From a virus (taxonomy: Duplodnaviria > Caudoviricetes), in the IMG/VR virus record IMGVR_UViG_2690315896_000002, positions 2,287-66,286 of that record: a stretch of 64,000 nucleotides of DNA, one strand, 5' to 3'. The notes under the pieces were generated by a model. The model had not been told where the DNA came from. It did not search any database and worked only from the letters and a program-made list of their open reading frames with translations. Positions 52,342 to 62,615 of the stretch are shown piece after piece. The translations under genes were made by a program, and so were the position numbers. Each line of letters begins with the position of its first letter. Positions within the stretch are counted from its first letter, which is position 1.

Positions 52342-53484
52342 GTGATTCAAACCGAAACCACCTCCCCCCTCCTGCAGGTGCAGCCCGGCACCGCATCGGC
52401 TGGCGCGCTGCTGATGAGCGACGCCAGCATGGACAAGCTGGAACGCCTGTCCCACATGATGGCCAGCGGCAGGGCCACCGTGCCCGCCCACCTCAAGGGC
52501 AGCCCTGGCGACTGTTTTGCCATAGCACTGCAATCCATGCAGTGGGGCATGAACCCTTTCAGCGTCGCTCAGAAGACCCACATCATCAACGGCACGCTCG
52601 GCTACGAGGCACAGTTGGTCGCAGCGGTCATCAACAGCAGCGGCATCGTGCTGGACCGCTTCAACTTCGAGTGGTTCGGCGCCTGGGACAAGATCGTGGG
52701 TCGCTTCAAGGAAGTCGAATCGCGCACCAAGAAGGACGACAACGGCCACCCGAAGAAGTTCATCGTTCCCGCGTGGAACCAGGCCGATGAGCAGGGACTG
52801 GGCGTGAAGGTATGGGCCACGCTGCGCGGCGAAGCACAGCCGCGCGTGCTCACTCTGCTCATGACCCAGGCCCGCACCCGCAACAGCACGCTCTGGACGG
52901 AAGACCCCAAGCAGCAGCTGGCCTACCTCGCGCAAAAGCGCTGGGCACGCCTCCACACGCCCGATGTCATCCTGGGCGTCTACACCCCCGACGAGCTGCA
53001 GCAGTCTGGCGAAATATTCATGGGCACGGCCGAGGAAGTGCCGGCCGGCGAAGGCGCGCCGCCAGCTGCCGAAACCGCCACCCGCGTGGAGCCGGCGCAA
53101 ACCACCAACTTCTACCCGCAGGCCGACTTTGACCGCAACCTGCAGCAGTGGGTAAACGTGGTCACTGCAGGCCGCAAGACCCTGGAGGCCATGCTGATCT
53201 TCATCCAGTCCAAGGCCAAGCTGACGCCAGTGCAGATCACGGCATTCACGGACGCGGTGAAGCAGGCACAACAGGCCGGGGCGCAGGACGTGGAAGCCAA
53301 GACAGCGAGCGGCCCTGTCGTCACCGACATCACGCCGACCCTGGAGGCCATGCGCAACGCGCAGACCCAGGACGCCCTCATCAACATCGCCGCCATGTGC
53401 GACTCGGTGAACGACCCGGACCTGCGCAAGCAGCTGGACCAGACCTTTGACGCACGCATGGCGGAACTGAAAGCCCAAGCATGA
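52342..53484 (+). CDS. RecT-family single-strand annealing protein
   Basis: VPAHLKG.PGDC...QWGMNPF.VAQKTH...LGYEAQL...DPKQQLAY...RLH.PDVILGVY. Confidence 0.88.
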   Translation: MIQTETTSPLLQVQPGTASAGALLMSDASMDKLERLSHMMASGRATVPAHLKGSPGDCFAIALQSMQWGMNPFSVAQKTHIINGTLGYEAQLVAAVINSSGIVLDRFNFEWFGAWDKIVGRFKEVESRTKKDDNGHPKKFIVPAWNQADEQGLGVKVWATLRGEAQPRVLTLLMTQARTRNSTLWTEDPKQQLAYLAQKRWARLHTPDVILGVYTPDELQQSGEIFMGTAEEVPAGEGAPPAAETATRVEPAQTTNFYPQADFDRNLQQWVNVVTAGRKTLEAMLIFIQSKAKLTPVQITAFTDAVKQAQQAGAQDVEAKTASGPVVTDITPTLEAMRNAQTQDALINIAAMCDSVNDPDLRKQLDQTFDARMAELKAQA

Positions 53485-55277
53485 CCTTCACCGTAGTTGA
53501 CCTTGCACAAGGCACCCCCGAGTGGAAGGCGCACCGCGCCAACCACTTCAACGCTTCGGACGCGCCTGCCATGATGGGCTGCAGCCCGAACAAGACGCGC
53601 GGCCAGCTGGTCAAGGAATTGGCCTGCGGCATCGAGCGCGATTTCTCCGACTACGTGCAGGAGCGCGTGCTCGACAAGGGCCACGTCTTCGAGGCCTACG
53701 CCCGGCCCCTGGCTGAAACCATCGTCGGCGAAGACCTATACCCTGTGGTGGGCACCAACGGCCGCTACAGCGCCAGCTATGACGGTCTGAGCATGCTCGA
53801 AGACAAGGGCTTCGAGCACAAGTCGCTCAATGCGGCCCTGCGCGAAGCCATGCATGAAGGCTGCACTGGCGAGAGCCTGCCCCTGCCCTATCAGGTGCAG
53901 ATGGAGCAACAGTGCATGGTGTGCCCCACGCTCGAAAAGGTGCTGTTCATGGCCAGCGACTGGGACTGGCAGGGCAACCTGATCGAAGAACGCCACTGCT
54001 GGTACTACCCGAACCTGCAGCTGCGCGCCCAGATCGTCACCGGCTGGGGCCTGATCGAGCAGGAAGCCGCCGCTTATGACCCGGCCGCAGAGGCAGCGCC
54101 AGAGGTGGTAGGCCAAGCGCCCGACCAGCTTCCCGCGCTCCAGATCAACGTCACCGGCATGGTCACGGCGTCGAACCTGGAGGGCTTCAAGTCCGTGGCG
54201 CTGCGCACCCTGGGCGGCATCAAGACCGTGCTGAAAACCGACCAGGACTTTGCCGATGCCGAGAAAACCGTGAAGTGGTGCGGTGGCGTGGAAAGCAGCC
54301 TCGCTGCCGCCAAGCAGCACGCCCTGAGCCAGACGGAAAGCATCGACCGCCTGTTTCGCACCATCGACGAAATCACCGAGCAGACCCGCGCCGTGCGCCT
54401 CAAGCTGGAGAAGCTGGTGGACACGGAGAAGAAGGCGCGCAAGGAACAGATCGTGATGCTGGCGCAGCGCTCCCTGGACGAGCACATCGACGCGCTGAAC
54501 TACGAGCTGCAGGCCACCTACCTCATCCACCCGCATGGCGTGTTTGCGCCGGTCATCAAGGGCCTGAAGTCGCTCGACAGCATGCACGAAAAGGTGCAGG
54601 CCGAGCTGGCGCGCCAGATCACGGATGCCAACGCCAAACGCGACCGGCTCAAGGAGAACCGCGACCACCTGGAGCACACAGACGGCAGCTGGATCACGCT
54701 GTTCCCCGACTTCGCCGCCGTGGGCACCAAGGCCGCCGAGGACTTCCAGGCCCTGGCCGCGCTGCGCATTGGCCGCCACCAGCAGCAGGAGGCCGCGCGC
54801 CTGGAGGCCGAGCGCGAGCAGATTCGCCAGGAGGAAGCGGAGAAGCTGCGCCGCGAAGCCCAGGCCCGTGAGCAGGAAGAGACAGACCAGATCAACGCGC
54901 AGGCAGCAGCAGCTGCAGCAGACGCCGCCGCCGCCAACGATGCGCAGCTGCTGCCGCTGATCGACCAGTTGCCCCTGGGCGCCCCGCCTGCTGCCCCTGC
55001 CTGCGCCCCAGCCCCAGCGCCAGCGGCGGCTGACGCGGCCCAGCGCCTGCCCATCGAGCAGCGCGTGGAAGCTGGCCAGACCATGACGCTGGGCGCCATC
55101 AATGCCCTGATGGGCATCTTCGATGTCAAGGCCACCACCCTGGCGGCCCTGGGCATCGCTACGGAGAAACACCGCGGCGCCGTTCACATGGACGCCAGCG
55201 ACTTCGCCGGGATGTGCAGCGCACTGATCGAGCACATCGAAAGCGTGCGTGAGCACGCAGCCAAGCAGGCCGCATAA
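53481..55277 (+). CDS. YqaJ/lambda-exo-like exonuclease with coiled-coil C-terminus
   Basis: QGTPEW..HR...ASDA...ASYDG...FEHK...Y.VQ. Confidence 0.88.
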   Translation: MTFTVVDLAQGTPEWKAHRANHFNASDAPAMMGCSPNKTRGQLVKELACGIERDFSDYVQERVLDKGHVFEAYARPLAETIVGEDLYPVVGTNGRYSASYDGLSMLEDKGFEHKSLNAALREAMHEGCTGESLPLPYQVQMEQQCMVCPTLEKVLFMASDWDWQGNLIEERHCWYYPNLQLRAQIVTGWGLIEQEAAAYDPAAEAAPEVVGQAPDQLPALQINVTGMVTASNLEGFKSVALRTLGGIKTVLKTDQDFADAEKTVKWCGGVESSLAAAKQHALSQTESIDRLFRTIDEITEQTRAVRLKLEKLVDTEKKARKEQIVMLAQRSLDEHIDALNYELQATYLIHPHGVFAPVIKGLKSLDSMHEKVQAELARQITDANAKRDRLKENRDHLEHTDGSWITLFPDFAAVGTKAAEDFQALAALRIGRHQQQEAARLEAEREQIRQEEAEKLRREAQAREQEETDQINAQAAAAAADAAAANDAQLLPLIDQLPLGAPPAAPACAPAPAPAAADAAQRLPIEQRVEAGQTMTLGAINALMGIFDVKATTLAALGIATEKHRGAVHMDASDFAGMCSALIEHIESVREHAAKQAA

Positions 55278-55296
55278 GCCTTTTCTGAACCACCCC

Positions 55297-55323
55297 AGCC
55301 CGCCACTGAGCGGGCTTTTTTTT
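55297..55323 (+). terminator. Intrinsic terminator
   Basis: AGCCCGC-CACTGA-GCGGGCT-T run. Confidence 0.8.
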
Positions 55324-55337
55324 GACTCAAGCACACC

Positions 55338-55841
55338 ATGAACTCGAAACACAACCCCGTTTCCTCTGCCCTCGCCGCCCTGGCCACCATGTCGATGCTG
55401 GCCAACTTCGCAGCGGCCGAGGCAGCGATGCCGAAGGCCGCCAAGCCCGATGCCGATCCCGCCGCCCGCCCCGGCCGCCCTGAAGCCATGTCCCTGGAGG
55501 AAATGCTCGCTGGCCTGCTGGGCATGCCCCCAGGGGGCGCACCGGCTCCCAGCCCCATCGCGCAGGTCTGCGCTATCCCGCAGGACATCGCGGAGCGCTG
55601 CGGCATGCACGACGCGGGCTTTGATGCCCACGGGCATACCGGCCGCACCGTGACCCTGCTGGCAGCCGTGCTGTCCAACCTGCGCGAGCTGCGCTGCGTG
55701 TGCGACGAGGCCGGCCGAGCCCAGGTCGCCGTGGCCGAGAGCCACATCACCGCCGCCGTGGCCGCCGTGCAGACCTCGCTGCGCACTGCCTCGGGCAGCC
55801 AAGCCGCAGCCCCCGGCGATGCCTCCAAACCCTTGGTCTAA
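55338..55841 (+). CDS. Hypothetical protein
   Basis: 167-aa ORF. Confidence 0.55.
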   Translation: MNSKHNPVSSALAALATMSMLANFAAAEAAMPKAAKPDADPAARPGRPEAMSLEEMLAGLLGMPPGGAPAPSPIAQVCAIPQDIAERCGMHDAGFDAHGHTGRTVTLLAAVLSNLRELRCVCDEAGRAQVAVAESHITAAVAAVQTSLRTASGSQAAAPGDASKPLV

Positions 55842-55854
55842 GGAGCCCACCTCC

Positions 55855-56142
55855 ATGGCAACGAAACGCACCGACCCGGCCGCCTTCTCCGACAAGGAGT
55901 ACAAGGCCATACCCATGACCCCCGTGCAGTCCAACCAGATTGCGACCATGGGCTACGACGCGGCACGCAAGACGCTGGCGCTGACCTTCACGCGCGGCCC
56001 AGGCCACGTCTACCACTATCCGAACGTGGCGCAGAAGACCCACGACGAGCTGATGGCCGCCGAGTCCAAGGGCGTGTTCTTCGGCCAGCACATCAAGCAG
56101 CTGCCGTTCGACAAGTTCCCGGCCCCGGAGAAAGCAGCATGA
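55855..56142 (+). CDS. KTSC-domain protein
   Basis: VQSNQIATMGYD...Y.YPNV...LMAAESKG.FF...IK. Confidence 0.9.
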   Translation: MATKRTDPAAFSDKEYKAIPMTPVQSNQIATMGYDAARKTLALTFTRGPGHVYHYPNVAQKTHDELMAAESKGVFFGQHIKQLPFDKFPAPEKAA

Positions 56143-56774
56143 GCGAGGCTCACACCTGCGCGCACGTCTTCGAGAAGAACGTGTTGCACATCCATGTCCA
56201 ACCGGCAGCACCCGATGCGCAACAGGCGACGCACCGCCAAGCGGGCAAGTACACCTGCAGCTGCGGCGACTTCCAGCTGCGCGATCCGAACTACACGCCC
56301 CAGGCCTTCGCCCAGACGCTGCACGGCATGGAGTACCCGCTGCGCATCCCGCAGGCGATCACCGAGGCCGCGCGCGCCAACGGCGTCGTGATCGTCTACG
56401 GCGCCAGCGATGACCTCATGGAGCTGGAGGGCGCGATCCGCGACGAAATCTGCTGCTACGACGGCGGAACAGCATGGGTGGATGCCAAGGGCGTTCTGCC
56501 CGAATGGGACCAGGTCCGGGAGTACGGCAGTGCGGAAGACGCGGCCGAATGGGGGGTGCGCAAGAAAGCCGTCAAGGCGATCAAGGCCATCTTCTCGCCC
56601 AACGAGCCGGCCGGCGCTACCTGGGCCTACGAGACGGCGATCCCGCACGTGACCTTCGACGTGATGGAGGACGGCGGCATCTACTGCCGCGCCATCGTGT
56701 TCAAGCTGGCCGACCTGGACCAACCCATCGTGCAGCACCTGCCGGCCGACGACACCGAAGGCGGCGCACTGTAG
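56139..56774 (+). CDS. Conserved phage hypothetical protein
   Basis: VIVYGASDDLMELEGAI.DE; W.YETAIPH.TF. Confidence 0.75.
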   Translation: MSEAHTCAHVFEKNVLHIHVQPAAPDAQQATHRQAGKYTCSCGDFQLRDPNYTPQAFAQTLHGMEYPLRIPQAITEAARANGVVIVYGASDDLMELEGAIRDEICCYDGGTAWVDAKGVLPEWDQVREYGSAEDAAEWGVRKKAVKAIKAIFSPNEPAGATWAYETAIPHVTFDVMEDGGIYCRAIVFKLADLDQPIVQHLPADDTEGGAL

Positions 56775-56837
56775 GCCGCCCCTGCTCACGCACCCGCCCG
56801 CTATCGCGGGCACTTTTTTGTCCCAAAGGAAGAAGGC

Positions 56838-57272
56838 ATGTCCTCCACCATTCCCACACCTGCCAACGGTTCCTCCCCCGGCGCCAGAACAGCGCCAGTC
56901 ACCAGCAGCCCCACGCCGGCCCAGGTGGCCGCCAATAGCTCGGCGTCCTCCCTCGTGAACGACCCCACCGAGGTGCTGGGCGAGTTTGACGGCGGCCAGT
57001 TCATGCTGATGCTCTCCCGCGCTCTGGGGTCCGTGAGCGCCGCTGTCGTGGACAACGAGCGCAAGGGAAAGATCACCATCGAGCTGGACATCAGCAAGAT
57101 CAAGAAGACTCACCAGGTCACGATCAAGCACGCCATGAAGTTCTCGCGCCCGACCCTCGACGGCGAGGCGAGCGAGAAGGTCTCCCGCGAAACCGTGATG
57201 CACGTCGGCAAGTTCGGCAAGCTGACCGTGATGCCTGAGGCCCAGATGGACCTCATCCCCCGAGGCGCGTAG
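56838..57272 (+). CDS. YfdP-like protein
   Basis: KGKITIEL...ETVMHVGK.GKL; paired with DUF2303. Confidence 0.7.
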   Translation: MSSTIPTPANGSSPGARTAPVTSSPTPAQVAANSSASSLVNDPTEVLGEFDGGQFMLMLSRALGSVSAAVVDNERKGKITIELDISKIKKTHQVTIKHAMKFSRPTLDGEASEKVSRETVMHVGKFGKLTVMPEAQMDLIPRGA

Positions 57273-57357
57273 CCGCCTCGCCCTACCGCCTTTCCCCAGC
57301 CCTGCTCGCCGCTCCTAAAGCCGCGAGCATTTTTTTCACCCAAACCAAGGACTTTTC

Positions 57358-58230
57358 ATGTTCGACCAATCCGCAATCCAGCAGCTGACCCAGGCCGAAG
57401 CCACGGCACAGAGCAACGAGTCGGTGCAGCACGCGCTGACTGCCGGCCAGGCGCTGGTGGCCCTGCACGACGAATTCAACCTCACCAGCCTGGAGTCCTA
57501 TCTGCCGCTGCGCCGCCGCGCTCGCAACAGCATGAGCACCTCCTACGTCGAGGACTTCTCCCGCTACGTGCGTCAGCACCGCGAGAACGGCTGCACGATC
57601 TATGTGAATGCCGAGGGCATGACCGCCAAGGCCGTGCTGAACCAGGGCACTCCAGCCGCCCCCGGCCATGGCGACAACACGGCCCTGGTGAAGCTCAAGG
57701 CCACCGCCCTTTACACCTCGCTGCGCAACCTGGTCAGCCAGAACCGTGGCCAGAAGGCGCTGGCCGAATGGCTGGAAGAATGGCGTGACCAGGTGATGCC
57801 GCTCGACAAGGACCTGGCGGACTTGAACATCGGCCATGTCGTCGCCGGCATCCGCAGCGTCAGCATCGAGCAGATCAACAAGTCCACTTCCACGGTCGAG
57901 GCCCTGTCCGCAGAGCGCAGCGAAATGGAAAGCGTGGCCGCGAAGACGGATCGCACTGACGCAGTGCTGCCGGCCTACCTGAAGCTGACCACCAATCCCT
58001 ACAAGGAGCTGGGCGCGCGCACGTTCTACGTCCGCGTGTCGATCCTCACCTCGCAACGCGAACCCACCTTCGCCCTGGGCATCCTGGGCCTGGAACTGCA
58101 CGAAGAGCAAATGGCCGAGGAGTTTGCCCATGTCGTGCGTGCCAGCTTCGCGCCTGTCGCTGATGCCGATGGCGTGGTCACCGAAGAAATACCGGACGTC
58201 CTGATCGGCGCGTTCTCGGTCAACGGATAG
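57358..58230 (+). CDS. DUF2303/YfdQ family protein
   Basis: SLE.Y...RRR.R; PGHGDN.A; QKALAEWLEEW. Confidence 0.85.
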   Translation: MFDQSAIQQLTQAEATAQSNESVQHALTAGQALVALHDEFNLTSLESYLPLRRRARNSMSTSYVEDFSRYVRQHRENGCTIYVNAEGMTAKAVLNQGTPAAPGHGDNTALVKLKATALYTSLRNLVSQNRGQKALAEWLEEWRDQVMPLDKDLADLNIGHVVAGIRSVSIEQINKSTSTVEALSAERSEMESVAAKTDRTDAVLPAYLKLTTNPYKELGARTFYVRVSILTSQREPTFALGILGLELHEEQMAEEFAHVVRASFAPVADADGVVTEEIPDVLIGAFSVNG

Positions 58231-58337
58231 TCACCAGTCACCCACCACCAGAAGCCCGGCCCCATGCCGGGCTTTTTCATGGGCCATCACCAGAGGGCGC
58301 GCCGCGCCCTGTGCTGATCGCCTCTCAAGGAGCCTCA

Positions 58338-58976
58338 ATGCAAGACCACTACGAAACCCTGGGCGTGGCGCGTGATGCCACGGCCGACGAGATACGCGCC
58401 GCGTACCGCAAGGCCGCGAGCAAGGCGCACCCCGACCGCAACGGCGGCGACACCGCGCGCATGCAGGCCGTCAACGCGGCCTATGAAGTGCTGGGCAACG
58501 CGGACAGCCGAGCCGCCTACGACCGGGGAGAGCACGACACCAGCCCGGACGCCATCCCGCGCGCGATCCTGCGGGAGATCTTCGGCAAGGCCATCGAAGA
58601 AAACGCACCCGACGTGCTCAAGTTCGCGCACAGGGCTCTGGACTCGGCCAAGCAAGGCGCGAGGGAGCAGGCCGCCCAGATGCGCACCGGCATCCGCCGT
58701 CTGGAGAAGCAGCGCAACCGGATCACGGCCAAGACCTCGCGCGACGCCTACCACGCCATCCTGGAGCGCTCCATCGAGAACCTGCAGAACCGGCTGGAGG
58801 AATTCGAGCACACGCTGGAGCGCGTGCAGCGCGTGCGCGAAATCCTGACCGCCGAGTACGAGCGCGGCACCGAATGCCCAGAGCCCAGCCAGAGCCCAGA
58901 GTTCGGCACCGTCCGCATCGACAGATCTCGAAGCGACTTCGCCGACGCTTTTCGCTTCTTCGGTCAAGGCCTGTAG
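58338..58976 (+). CDS. J-domain (DnaJ-type) protein
   Basis: HYETLGV...HPDRNGG...AYEVL...R..YD. Confidence 0.9.
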   Translation: MQDHYETLGVARDATADEIRAAYRKAASKAHPDRNGGDTARMQAVNAAYEVLGNADSRAAYDRGEHDTSPDAIPRAILREIFGKAIEENAPDVLKFAHRALDSAKQGAREQAAQMRTGIRRLEKQRNRITAKTSRDAYHAILERSIENLQNRLEEFEHTLERVQRVREILTAEYERGTECPEPSQSPEFGTVRIDRSRSDFADAFRFFGQGL

Positions 58977-59076
58977 GAAACCATCATGGACTGCAGACAA
59001 AAAGACGCCGTGACCATGACCTCCGCCGCATAGGCTCGCGTGCGGGCCTATCCATTGTGATCAACCCATCACCATC

Positions 59077-60096
59077 ATGAAGACCAAGATCAAAGCCTGG
59101 AACGCTGCAGAGGTGCAGTTGCTGCAGGCCATGTACCTGACCACCGCTGCTGTCGAAATCGGGAAGATGATCGGCCGCAATGCCAATGCCGTGATGACCA
59201 AAGCCAGAACCCTGGGGATTCGGAAACGGCACCATTTAAAGACCCAGACGGAGCTGCGACCCTGGACTGCAAGCGAGGACGAAGTCATTAAGTCATCGCT
59301 CAATAAATCGGTGGCTCAAGTTGCCGAAATGCTGGGACGCACCAAGGCCGCTGTTTACGTGAGACAGATGCGACTGGGAGTTCAGCGCGGAAAGAGCAGG
59401 GGCCATATGCCTATCGGAGCGGAGACTCTCAAGCGAGGTAAGCGCGTAAGAAAAATCTCAAATACTGGAGTGCAGCGGCTCGATTGGAAGCGTGTGGACG
59501 TCATCGAATGGGAAGCCAAGAATGGTCCGGTTCCCGAAGGAATGATGTTGGTCAACAAGCGCGGCATGCCGCGCGCGGTTGAAAACCTTGAACTCGTTTC
59601 TCCTGCCGATTTGCCATTCACTGCTTTGCGCCATAACGGTTCGCCGGAATTGCGAAAGCTGTTGGACCTCAAGGCGCAGTTCGGGCAGGCACTCAAAAAT
59701 ATAGAGAAGCTGAACCCACAGGAGGTCCAGCCAAAAGAAAAGAGCAAAAGGAATCCGGAAGGAAAGTTCAAAAAATGGCGCGGGGCTCCTGCCTGGACAT
59801 ATGCAGACGATGAGTACCTGAGAGCGAATTCTGCGAAGCCCATAAAGGAAATCGCTGCCGCGATGGGGCGCACAGAACTCGCTGTCCAGACCAGAAAAAG
59901 CCGCATCGGCGTCGCGCGTGAGCATTGCATTCCCTGGACGGAATCCGATGAGGCGCAATTGGCCTCAATTTATATGACGAAAAGCTTGGCCGAGATTGCC
60001 AAAATAATCGGCCGTACCGAGAGATCAGTTGGCTGCAAGGCATACAAGATGGGGCTCAAAAAATGGACCAAGAAATCAACCAAAGCTCTGCCGTGA
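59077..60096 (+). CDS. Protein with four WTxxE HTH/SANT-like repeats flanking a degenerate HNH-like region
   Basis: WNAAE, WTASE, WTYAD, WTESD repeats; GPVPEG...ENLELV. Confidence 0.7.
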   Translation: MKTKIKAWNAAEVQLLQAMYLTTAAVEIGKMIGRNANAVMTKARTLGIRKRHHLKTQTELRPWTASEDEVIKSSLNKSVAQVAEMLGRTKAAVYVRQMRLGVQRGKSRGHMPIGAETLKRGKRVRKISNTGVQRLDWKRVDVIEWEAKNGPVPEGMMLVNKRGMPRAVENLELVSPADLPFTALRHNGSPELRKLLDLKAQFGQALKNIEKLNPQEVQPKEKSKRNPEGKFKKWRGAPAWTYADDEYLRANSAKPIKEIAAAMGRTELAVQTRKSRIGVAREHCIPWTESDEAQLASIYMTKSLAEIAKIIGRTERSVGCKAYKMGLKKWTKKSTKALP

Positions 60097-60263
60097 CTGA
60101 TATAGATGAAGTCACGCAGCAACTGTCTGCGGCCCTGGCCGTGTTGCGCCGAGGATCTGGTTTGTCACTGGCCCGCGCGCGCGTCATCACCGCCACCGCA
60201 TCCGCCCTCATCGACACCATAAAGATCGAGGCCCAGCCATCCGCTATTGACCGGGAGAAGTAA
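60063..60263 (+). CDS. Hypothetical protein (66 aa)
   Basis: TAATG-coupled to next gene. Confidence 0.4.
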   Translation: MDQEINQSSAVTDIDEVTQQLSAALAVLRRGSGLSLARARVITATASALIDTIKIEAQPSAIDREK

Positions 60264-60664
60264 TGAGCACGAAAAACATCAGCCATCTGCGCGAGCACTT
60301 GTTCAACCAGCTCGACATGCTTTGCGACTTGAACAAGCAGGTGGATCTGGAGCGCTCCCGCATGGTGTGCGAAACCTCCAAGCAGATCATCGAGACGGCC
60401 AGGGTCGAAATCGAATTCGCCCAGGTGCTCAAGGGCGCGTTGACCGTGCCGTTCATCGAAGACCAGCCCGGCGCCAGCGAGCGACCGAACACGCCGCAGC
60501 CGCGGCCGGCGTTGTCGCACCAGCCCCACGATGATGACGACACGTTCCCCGTGCCGCCCGTCACGGCCGCAGAACGCACGCAGGGCGCGCTGAACTCTGG
60601 CCCAGCTGCCGATCACCCCTGGCGAGGCCTCGGCGCTCGTCGCATCCACACCGTGGGACGCTGA
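60263..60664 (+). CDS. Conserved phage protein
   Basis: LREHLF.QL..L....ER...V....KQII..A.VE. Confidence 0.7.
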   Translation: MSTKNISHLREHLFNQLDMLCDLNKQVDLERSRMVCETSKQIIETARVEIEFAQVLKGALTVPFIEDQPGASERPNTPQPRPALSHQPHDDDDTFPVPPVTAAERTQGALNSGPAADHPWRGLGARRIHTVGR

Positions 60665-60666
60665 TC

Positions 60667-61167
60667 ATGACCAGCACCACCAAGGCTATGCGCGACTACC
60701 TGGCCGCGCGCTACGAACTGCCGGACAGCGAGCTGGATGTAATGGCGGCCGACCTGGCAGCCGTTGCCCAGGCCCAGCAGCAGCCGCTGACGCTCAACGG
60801 GCACCAACTGCTCGACGCGCTCAACAGCATCGCGCCACAGCGTAGCGCGCCGCAGTTGGCGACGACGGTGTGCATCAGCCCGGAGCCCACGTGCACCGTG
60901 GGCTACCACGTGCCGCCCAAGCTGTACTGCTGGCTGGCCGACTACCCGAAGGCCGGCAGCATCCAGCTGTTCGACAACGGTGACCAGCCGCAGCGGCCCA
61001 CGCAGGACGTGGTCTACATGGCCACCAAGCTCATCGAATGCGCACGCTGGGTGTACAGCACCCCCGATGCGCGAAAGCAACCCCATGCAAGACGGCTGGC
61101 CAAGGTCATCCTGCGCCTTGCCTGCCCGCTCATCAGCGCCCATGCGGACACAGCGCAACGCGCCTGA
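60667..61167 (+). CDS. Hypothetical protein
   Basis: 166-aa ORF. Confidence 0.55.
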   Translation: MTSTTKAMRDYLAARYELPDSELDVMAADLAAVAQAQQQPLTLNGHQLLDALNSIAPQRSAPQLATTVCISPEPTCTVGYHVPPKLYCWLADYPKAGSIQLFDNGDQPQRPTQDVVYMATKLIECARWVYSTPDARKQPHARRLAKVILRLACPLISAHADTAQRA

Positions 61168-61242
61168 GTCCATCAATCGCCGGCGCCGCCCGGCATGACC
61201 TTCATAACCCGCTTCGGCGGGTTTTTTATTTCCCGCTCGCCA

Positions 61243-61416
61243 ATGAAAACAGCCAACAAGCCCTACACCCCTCCCAGCAGCAGCTACCAGGGCACGGAGC
61301 TGAAGCCGCATCCAGGTCTGCCGGCCTCGCGCTTCCATGCATTCACGCTGCCCAGCCGCATGGGCGACTGGCTGCACTACCCCGATGGCCGCGTGGAACC
61401 CTTTCCCCCGAAGTGA
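61243..61416 (+). CDS. Small hypothetical protein
   Basis: Y.G.EL...AF.LPSRMGD.L.YPDGR. Confidence 0.6.
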   Translation: MKTANKPYTPPSSSYQGTELKPHPGLPASRFHAFTLPSRMGDWLHYPDGRVEPFPPK

Positions 61417-61421
61417 TCACC

Positions 61422-61526
61422 ATGACCCAGCAACAAAACACACCCAAGCGCTGCGGGAGCTGCGGCGCACCGATCCCCCCTGACTTCAAGGAAGACCAGG
61501 GACAGGCCCTGCCCTGCGGGCATTGA
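61422..61526 (+). CDS. Small Zn-ribbon peptide
   Basis: CGSCGAP...LPCGH. Confidence 0.5.
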   Translation: MTQQQNTPKRCGSCGAPIPPDFKEDQGQALPCGH

Positions 61527-61537
61527 AGGAGAGAACC

Positions 61538-62269
61538 ATGCAAAACGAGAATCCAAAGGCAGCACCTCCGACTGCGGCGACCCAGGGCGAAGAGTTGAAC
61601 GCTGCAGTGGTCTGGACTCGCGCCCAGCAGCCTGCCGCTGCAGCGCCGGCCATCAGCGACGAGGACAGGATGACGCTAGCCGGCGCGCTGGGTCTACTGC
61701 GCGGCCACCGTTACCACGGGAGTGCCGATGCGCTGCAGCGCGTCCTTGACGCCAACGCCGCAGCACCGGGCGAACCCGAGGCGGAAGAGCACTGGTGGAG
61801 CGCATGCGAGGCCGCTGGTATCCAGTTCGACGGCTCCAGCTACGGGCGCGGGTTCCGCGACGGGAAGATCGTTGGCGCCGACTGTGCAGCACCTGGTGGT
61901 TTCATCGATCCGACCTCCTTTGAAGGGCTCATTACCGCTGTGCGTTCGCTGCCCACCACCCGCGCGACAGAGTTCGACGGCGAGGAATCGGACGGCACGC
62001 CCCAGCGTTGGCGCAATCGACCTTTCGTGTCGCGCACCAAGCTGGAGCGACTGCTGCGGGAGCGCGTGGCAGCACCTGCTGGACCCGCAATGGATGCAGT
62101 CCTGCAGGCGCTGCGCGACTATCACTATGCCCTCGACACCCGGAAACATGGCGGCATTGCAGCCAGCAATGCCATTCATGCCATCGAAGCTGCGTTGGGA
62201 ATGGAATGGAACCAGGGCACGGAAGCGGCAGCCCGTGCACCCCAGGGCAAGGAAGGCGCGGCGCCATGA
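61538..62269 (+). CDS. Hypothetical mosaic protein
   Basis: SD AAGGAG. Confidence 0.6.
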   Translation: MQNENPKAAPPTAATQGEELNAAVVWTRAQQPAAAAPAISDEDRMTLAGALGLLRGHRYHGSADALQRVLDANAAAPGEPEAEEHWWSACEAAGIQFDGSSYGRGFRDGKIVGADCAAPGGFIDPTSFEGLITAVRSLPTTRATEFDGEESDGTPQRWRNRPFVSRTKLERLLRERVAAPAGPAMDAVLQALRDYHYALDTRKHGGIAASNAIHAIEAALGMEWNQGTEAAARAPQGKEGAAP

Positions 62270-62502
62270 GTAAATCCGAGATCGAAGAGGCGTTCCACCT
62301 TGCACAGGCCGTATTTGCCGCTGGCTTGCTCGCCCGCACCATGACGGCGATGCAGGCTGTGCAGGATGCGGCCACGCAACCTGAGCACGATGGTCCGATC
62401 ACGATCCCAGCTGCGACCTGGCGGGCCTTCGCCAGCGAGCACGCCAGTGTGCTGCAGCAGATCCAGCTGCAGGGCCTCCAGGCCCCGGATCTGCCCCACT
62501 GA
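62266..62502 (+). CDS. Hypothetical protein (78 aa)
   Basis: ATGA coupling. Confidence 0.5.
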   Translation: MSKSEIEEAFHLAQAVFAAGLLARTMTAMQAVQDAATQPEHDGPITIPAATWRAFASEHASVLQQIQLQGLQAPDLPH

Positions 62503-62615
62503 CCCCTACCCCATCAACCACGCCCCGCCACCGAGCGGGGCGTTTTCATTGGAGAAACAACACCCCTTTGCGTGCGGCAAAGGCCGTGATTTCACTCCCA
62601 AATTCGATGCATTCC

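Noticed and set aside
55338-55841. Faint Acb2/Tad1-like helical hairpin in the C-terminus
   Set aside because: Key conserved residues not evident; too weak to call without a search.
58980-59076. tRNA or att site near hairpin ATAGGCTCGC/GCGGGCCTAT
   Set aside because: No cloverleaf or T-loop; no att direct repeat is visible, and the window ends at the integrase stop.
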